DNA from: Minutocellus sp. GHC0000111
Lineage: Eukaryota
Assembly: GCA_977018835.1 (NCBI GenBank)
Contig: OZ361257.1
Location: 5,456,001-5,520,000 of the forward strand
Direction of reading: 5' to 3'
Length of the DNA: 64,000 nt
The notes under the pieces were generated by a model. That model saw only the letters and a list, made by a program, of their open reading frames with translations. It was not told the origin of the DNA and ran no database searches. Of this stretch, positions 58,301-64,000 are shown piece after piece. Both the position numbers and the translations under genes were made by a program. Each line of letters begins with the position of its first letter. Position 1 is the first letter of the stretch.

Positions 58301-60819
58301 CGTCTCAAGACACAACGCCAATGAGGAAATTCAAAGCCTTCGACATTGCCACATTGGATGCAAAGTAAAGCGTCCTTTGGATGTGGGTGTGTCGGACTCC
58401 CATCCTCATTCGTCGTCTTGGCCTTGTAACCTCTCTTCCGCGGCCTCTCTCTCCGCAGAATTTTCGGCGACCTCACCAAAATTATCAACAGCGTCCTTCA
58501 TTCTCTTTATGCGACGACGACGATAGGCATTCAGAGAAGCCTGGTGCCGTTTCATAATAATGCAATACTCACACCCGCACATTACCTTGTGAGATTCTCG
58601 CATAGCGACGAAGTTGGGCGGGATGATGGCTCGAAACTTCGTGTCGGATATTATCTCCCTTCCTCGATCGTCACGAGCCTCCGGTTTTTGAGCGGCCCCT
58701 CGTACATCTGTTGTAGAGCTCTCGAATAGAGCACATCATCAACCTCTTTCGCACACGAACCTTCTCTCCGGTGTTGGCATCGCGAACGAGAATAGTGTCT
58801 TTTATTGTTGGAGACTCGACGATTGAGGGATGATTCTTTAGCCACTCTACTACTTTTTTCTGGAGCTCTTTGGACACCTTGCTCCACCCCTTCCTCTTTT
58901 TAACACGAGAATACATTAGCCCTTCCTCTTTTGCTCCTACTTTGAACTTTGTCTTTCGATCCTTTGATTTCTTTACTCGCCGCTGAACCGTAGCTCTTGA
59001 CCCTGGAAGCACCTTCTGGTAGTCAGTTGTTGTAAGCTTTGGAGTGCTCGAGGTAGAGGTAGCGGTAGAGGCAGCATTGGCATTGCATGGCTCAACTATT
59101 GCATCGTACAACACTTGCAGGGCGCTGGACTGATCATCATTTACCCGTCCTTTTGCAGCACCGTCACTCTTGAATAGTTCAGATGCGTGGGAGGTCAAGT
59201 TATCGAGCATCTGCAGCTTCTTTTCCGTATTATCCGGCACCTTCAGTCCAGAACCGAGAACAATTTTAGCTGCTTGCGGCTTGTTGGCAAATAAACGAAG
59301 GGCATAGGCCTGAACTTGCTCATCGCCAACGCTTTGGACAGCATTCAATATTACATTAGCTGCTCGTTCCTTTGCCTTTCTTATGGCATCGGCGGATGTC
59401 CTCGGCTGATTGTTCCGCTGATTGACATCAAAGGCAGAATAATTTATTGTTGGAACGAGAAGATTGTTGCCTCTTCTTTTTGCTCTCTCCTCCTCTCTTG
59501 ATGCAGCTCCCAATCTCGATACTACAGGCATAGAAGAAATAGTAGATACCATTTCATTGCCTATAGCGGCAGCATCGCCGGTTAGGCTACCACTCTTGAT
59601 TCCATCCTTGAGAGCAGTCATCATCAAATGAAAACAACGACCGACTGCATCTGATCCGGCAGCTCCGACCTCGACACCCTTCAGCACGTCCCCAATGCTC
59701 TTTCCGATGCCATCAATACCGGTAGAAGTGCCGTCCAATGATGCAAGAATTGCTCCTCCGGCCGCTGCTCCATCAGAATCTGCCGCTGCATGTGGACCAG
59801 CACGGTCAGAGCCCACAGCAGACATGTCGGTGCTAGCTGTTGCTGTTGCATTGGAAGTGCCAGGGCCAACCGGATCGCGAGCGCGAGGAGGGCCGTCAGG
59901 AAAGAGTTCCGATGCGGAAGGAAAGGTGCTGGGCGATGGGTTGCTGCACTTGTCGCATGTGCTGGGACAATCGCAAGTACCAAAACAGAACGTGGAGATG
60001 GCGGATGTGTCTGCCGGATGCGGAGTACCAGTACAGTCGGGAAGGGACGGCGGGATAGCTAACAACGATTGAGACCTTGATATCACCATTGTGTCAGTGG
60101 GTGGTAATGGCGATGAGCGAAGTGTGCGGCGTCTACCATCCGCTTGTGCGCCGGCGGGGAGTGGTGCTGGTGGATGGAGCGGTCCGGTAGTGCGGCCGGT
60201 GCGTTCGTGGTCCGACGATGAGGATGAGGATGAGGACGCATCGTTCGCGATGCCAGCGGCAGCAGCAGATCGTTTACACGTCGATGGTCGCATCGATCGG
60301 CCTTTGGTGAGAGTATGGGCGGCGGTGGACGAAGCGGAGGTATCGTCGTTTGACGGGGCGGATGGTTCGGACGACGTCCTTGTCGTCACGTCATTATTTC
60401 CGGGAGGCGAGGATGAAGAATGAGGGTTGGAAGAGGCTGATGCAGCAGGCGTCTTCCGAGCCTGTCTCTGCTGTCGCAGTCTTTCCTTCTTCGCCCTCTC
60501 TCTAGACTCCTTTCGGGAGTATTTCTTGCCATTGCTGGTCTCTTCCTTTCCGTCGGTCATGGTCTCGCAAAAAATCGAGCGGCCGTGGTTTTTGCTTGAT
60601 TTTTCGCGAGTTTGGCCACAGGTCTTGCTACCTCCCCTCTCTTCAGATGTCGAAGAATGGGGACATGTCCAGTTTGTTGGCAAAGAAGTTATCCAAGTGT
60701 CATTTATTTAGGGGGAAAAATGCTGTTGAATAACCTGCATTTTTTTGCAGTGATCCGACGACGGAAAGACGAATGTCCATTTTTCGGGACCTGCGCCTCA
60801 CCCAAAATGGGACCAACTC
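55357..60819 (-). mobile_element. Sola2-like DDD DNA transposon
   Basis: 25-bp TIRs starting 5'-GAG (GAGTTGGTCCGGTTTTAGGTGAGGC 55357-55381; 60795-60819, 3 mismatches); 4-bp TSD GGAT (55353-55356, 60820-60823). Confidence 0.85.
56270..60683 (-). pseudogene. Sola2-like transposase, broken near 58700, 58430 and 57630
   Basis: CGCEYC and CVLRRCSDCP Cys motifs; DYAERL, SDGCTKQY and GHGKDHVDG catalytic motifs; CACDGC. Spread over consecutive ORFs. Confidence 0.8.
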
Positions 60820-61166
60820 GGATGATTGGGTGGAGAAGAGCCAGCCAGCCATTGAGCTGAGATGTCGGTCGGCTCAATGACGTGTTTGTAGCAGTTTGTC
60901 AAAGCCAACGCTATTTCTCTAGGCTAGGCTAGCTCTAAACAAATCCTAGAATGAATTCAGTAAGATGTTACATGTCCACTGGATAAAGATCTAGAATTCG
61001 CTGTTACGGTGCCGGTAGATCTACCCTCTCTCTCGCATGTTGCCCGGCCGGGTTCGCTGGCCGCTGGTTGTGCGAACCTTTCGTGCGTCAGTCGACCGCC
61101 TGCCGATGCCGCCTCACTTTTCTTCGGAACTTGTCAGTTCGAATTCGGCAAATTGCATCAAGTCAA

Positions 61167-62009
61167 ATGGACTCCACTCCCGACGCTGTGCTGCGCCATG
61201 CGTTTGACTATGTGCCGTCAAAAGCTTTCTTGCCAGTAACGAATGTCTCGAAGCGCTTTCGATTCATCTGGCTGGCGGATGATGCGTCAGCGCTGAGCTC
61301 ATCACCAGCCTCAGATGCAGAAGGAAAGGTACCGGCAGATGGTGACGAACGAAAAATGCCGGCTCGAACTGATGATGAGACCGATGACGAGCGCAAGATT
61401 CCTGCTGATACTGCTGTAGTATCGAATGCTGGCCCAATGGAGATGGATGATTCCGAACAGCCAACAACGACGCCAGCCGCAGAACTGAGGGCGGTATGGT
61501 CGAGCGGCGATAACGGCAACCATGCCGATGATGCCAACAAGGAGAAAGCCAAGGCAGGCCAAAAAGCCCCAACTACTCCACGCGATAGAAGGCTCACAAA
61601 CCCGCTACAAATTGGAAATCTATTTAGTGTCCCATGGAACAAGCCCGCGAGGAAATCTCTAAATACACAACTACTCGCATATTTTATCGAGCAGGGATGG
61701 AAAGGAAAATGCAAAATGCGAAGTGTCCTGACTGGAGCAGCTGCACGAGGGGATGTTGAGGGCATGGAGTACATATTCGATAACGATTTGTATCCGGAAG
61801 ATGATATCGAGATTTGCACTATTGCTGCAGCGGCTGGACAGCTGGACGCACTGGTTTGGCTTCGAGAAGTCAGGAAGCTGCCATGGGACCCGACTGAGAT
61901 CCACCGCGAATCAAGCGAGAATTTACACGAGGATGTGATGGAGTACGTGGAAAAGAATTCAGAGGGGCACAAAATACAGCTAAGTTATGGCGTTGGGTTG
62001 CCGTGGTAA
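61167..62009 (+). CDS. F-box-like + ankyrin-like repeat protein
   Basis: PDAVLRHAFDYV...VSKRFR; AAARGDVEGMEYI and CTIAAAAGQLDALVWLRE..LPWD. Confidence 0.72.
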   Translation: MDSTPDAVLRHAFDYVPSKAFLPVTNVSKRFRFIWLADDASALSSSPASDAEGKVPADGDERKMPARTDDETDDERKIPADTAVVSNAGPMEMDDSEQPTTTPAAELRAVWSSGDNGNHADDANKEKAKAGQKAPTTPRDRRLTNPLQIGNLFSVPWNKPARKSLNTQLLAYFIEQGWKGKCKMRSVLTGAAARGDVEGMEYIFDNDLYPEDDIEICTIAAAAGQLDALVWLREVRKLPWDPTEIHRESSENLHEDVMEYVEKNSEGHKIQLSYGVGLPW

Positions 62010-64000
62010 CACAATGGTCTAATTCGTATCGAAGCTGCCTTGAAGGACCAAACTTTTAGAGCTTCATTGATTGCAGCTCCGATCAACAAGCCGCCGGCAG
62101 ACCTACCCTCGCAGCTGAGCTGATCAGGCGTGGTAATCTTGCGGTCAGAAATGAGATTCTTGGCCACTGTGGGCACGGCGATGGGATAGCATATCGGTGA
62201 AGGAAATTCGTGAGATTGAATAATGCCAAAACAATAATAATCCTTTCATCATGTTTTGTACACATGCAATTCACTTACCATCGACAAAATCATACCATGT
62301 ATTCTTCTTGCAGAGGTATTTTGCCCCGTTAGGTTCCTCATACCACTGTCGCCCCATCTCGCCGCCTCCACGGACGTGCGCAATCACGTAGACCATGCCT
62401 CTATCCAGGAGGGTTCTGCGAGTAGTGCGGAAGCTGGCTTCCATGCAAGCACCGTACGATCCATAACCATAGAGGTGTGTTGGGACAGTCTCGCCAGCCT
62501 TGACCTTCTCCATGACATCTGCTCGAGCAACAATGCTTACTGGGATTTCCGTGGAACCATCGCAAGACAATACAGTGGTGCGCTCCGAAACATAGTCAGA
62601 CTTCTCGTATCCGGGAACCTCCTGTTCCTTCAATGTCGTGCGAACGGAAAGGTCGGAAGGTGAAGCGAGTGGGACGCTGATGGAGCTCAGTGGTGTGACG
62701 AGGGAATCGTAGGCAATAACAACCTCATCGGCAGTGCACTCCAGGTTGGATCCCAGGCCAACGTCGTACGCATCCTCGGTGAATTGAAGCTGGACAAAAT
62801 CCTTGACATCAGAACTTTCAGCGCCTTCGTAGGCAATGACCCAAACCTGGGGCAAGCCACCCTCACGTCCAGTGGCAACGGAATGTGACTCAAAGGAAGT
62901 CACGCCGGAGATTGATCGGTCGTATCCGCCGTCAAACATGACGTTGCCGTTCTGATCCTTCATGTCGGTCCACAGCTCCTCAGAGTTGGCAACGGCCTTG
63001 CTCATCATCAGTCGCATGTTGGGAGTACCACCGACGTTGGTGGTAATGTACCAGTACCCAGCTCGGTGACGGACCGAATACAGAACCTTATCGCGCCTCT
63101 TGGCAACGCACTGCAGGGTGGCATTTTTATCGGCGAGGTCCAAGTAATGCACCTCGCTGGTTTCCTTGGATCGCGAGGACACAAAGATGTATTTGCTGTC
63201 GAATGACTTGCTTAGACCGACCCAATACAGCTCATCGTCGTCCTGGTACAGCAATTCGTCGGGCTCACCGCTACCAATGATTCGACGGTAGAGCTGGAAA
63301 GGACGCTTCTGTTCGTCGAATTTGAGGTAAAACAAGGTCTCGTCATCTGATCCCCATTGCAGAGCACCGTAGCACTCGAGCTTGTCGTCGTGATCAACAA
63401 TCTCACCGCTTGCAATGTCCTTGACATAAAGAGAGCAAACTTCATCCCCCGAGAAGTCAACTGTGTAGCCGACGAGGTTGCCACTGGGACTGGTGCGGAC
63501 CTGGCCTGTGGAACAGTACGGCTTGCCCTCGGCCAACGCATTGATGTCGAGGTAGGCCCATTCATCCTCCAAGATGGGCGATTCCTTCGCACCATCCCAC
63601 GCCTTGGCCTGCTCAATCCACGCATGTCTATCGCCCTTGGGAAGAGGAGCACGGCACAGCGACTTGTAACTCTTTCCCTCAAAGGTTCGACTGTAGTAAA
63701 GGTATTCACCCTTGGGAGTTGGTACCGTGTGATCGGTCTCCTTGATGCCCGAAAGCATCTCCTTGTACAGATCGTCCCGCAGTCCGTCCAGATGGGACGT
63801 CAGAGCCTCCGTGTAGGCATTCTCGGCCCGCAGATGGTCCAGCACTTCCTCCACCTCGCTTTTCGTCGCGGAGCCACCCGTACGGATCTGGGACCTGGAT
63901 CGGTGGGTCCAACAGTGCTTCGGTGGAGGATTCGGACTGGCGGATGAGCGGCTTGCCCTTGGAATCGGCATAGCCGACGTCACCCTCGCGGAGCAGGCCG
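61985..64000 (-). CDS. Oligopeptidase B (S9A); 5' end outside window, frameshift near 63858, C-terminus truncated
   Basis: DPYGWLRDE, HLRAENAY, beta-propeller, LYGYGSYG, AHVRGGGEMGRQWY; intron 62278-62167; GRSAGGLL nucleophile motif, after which similarity ends. Confidence 0.85.

Overview
Eukaryotic nuclear DNA, very probably from a diatom. Evidence: compact genes with short GT-AG introns, bipartite plastid-targeting leaders (ASAFAP, VCAFSP, SQAFVV, ALAFSP), RxL pro-peptide motifs and a CoDi-like Ty1/copia element. The window holds about 24 host genes, including a DUF1800+DUF1501 fusion, copper amine oxidase, cytochrome P450, EGY-like M50 protein, EF-hand Na+/Ca2+ exchanger, fatty-acid elongase, SLC4, ZIP and oligopeptidase B. 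Three transposable elements have ends that can be read from the sequence. (1) A young copia element (4499-10962) has TA...TA LTR termini and a 4-bp TSD; its gag and pol are in frame, separated by one UGA that is followed at once by a long GNRA-capped hairpin, a candidate stop-codon readthrough signal. (2) A DD39D mariner (23275-26170) has a TA TSD. (3) A Sola2-like element (55357-60819) has a GGAT TSD, and its transposase is broken by TA-CCT-AGG-TA, which looks like an excision footprint of the mariner family in this window. Other signals are an apparent TpA->TpG/CpA (Tyr->Cys/His) decay in the mariner and a GH17 pseudogene, and a Pro/Ser/Thr-repeat gene built from symmetric 96-nt exons. Several genes carry single frameshifts that may be assembly indels. 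All calls come from reading motifs by eye; no database search or folding calculation was run.
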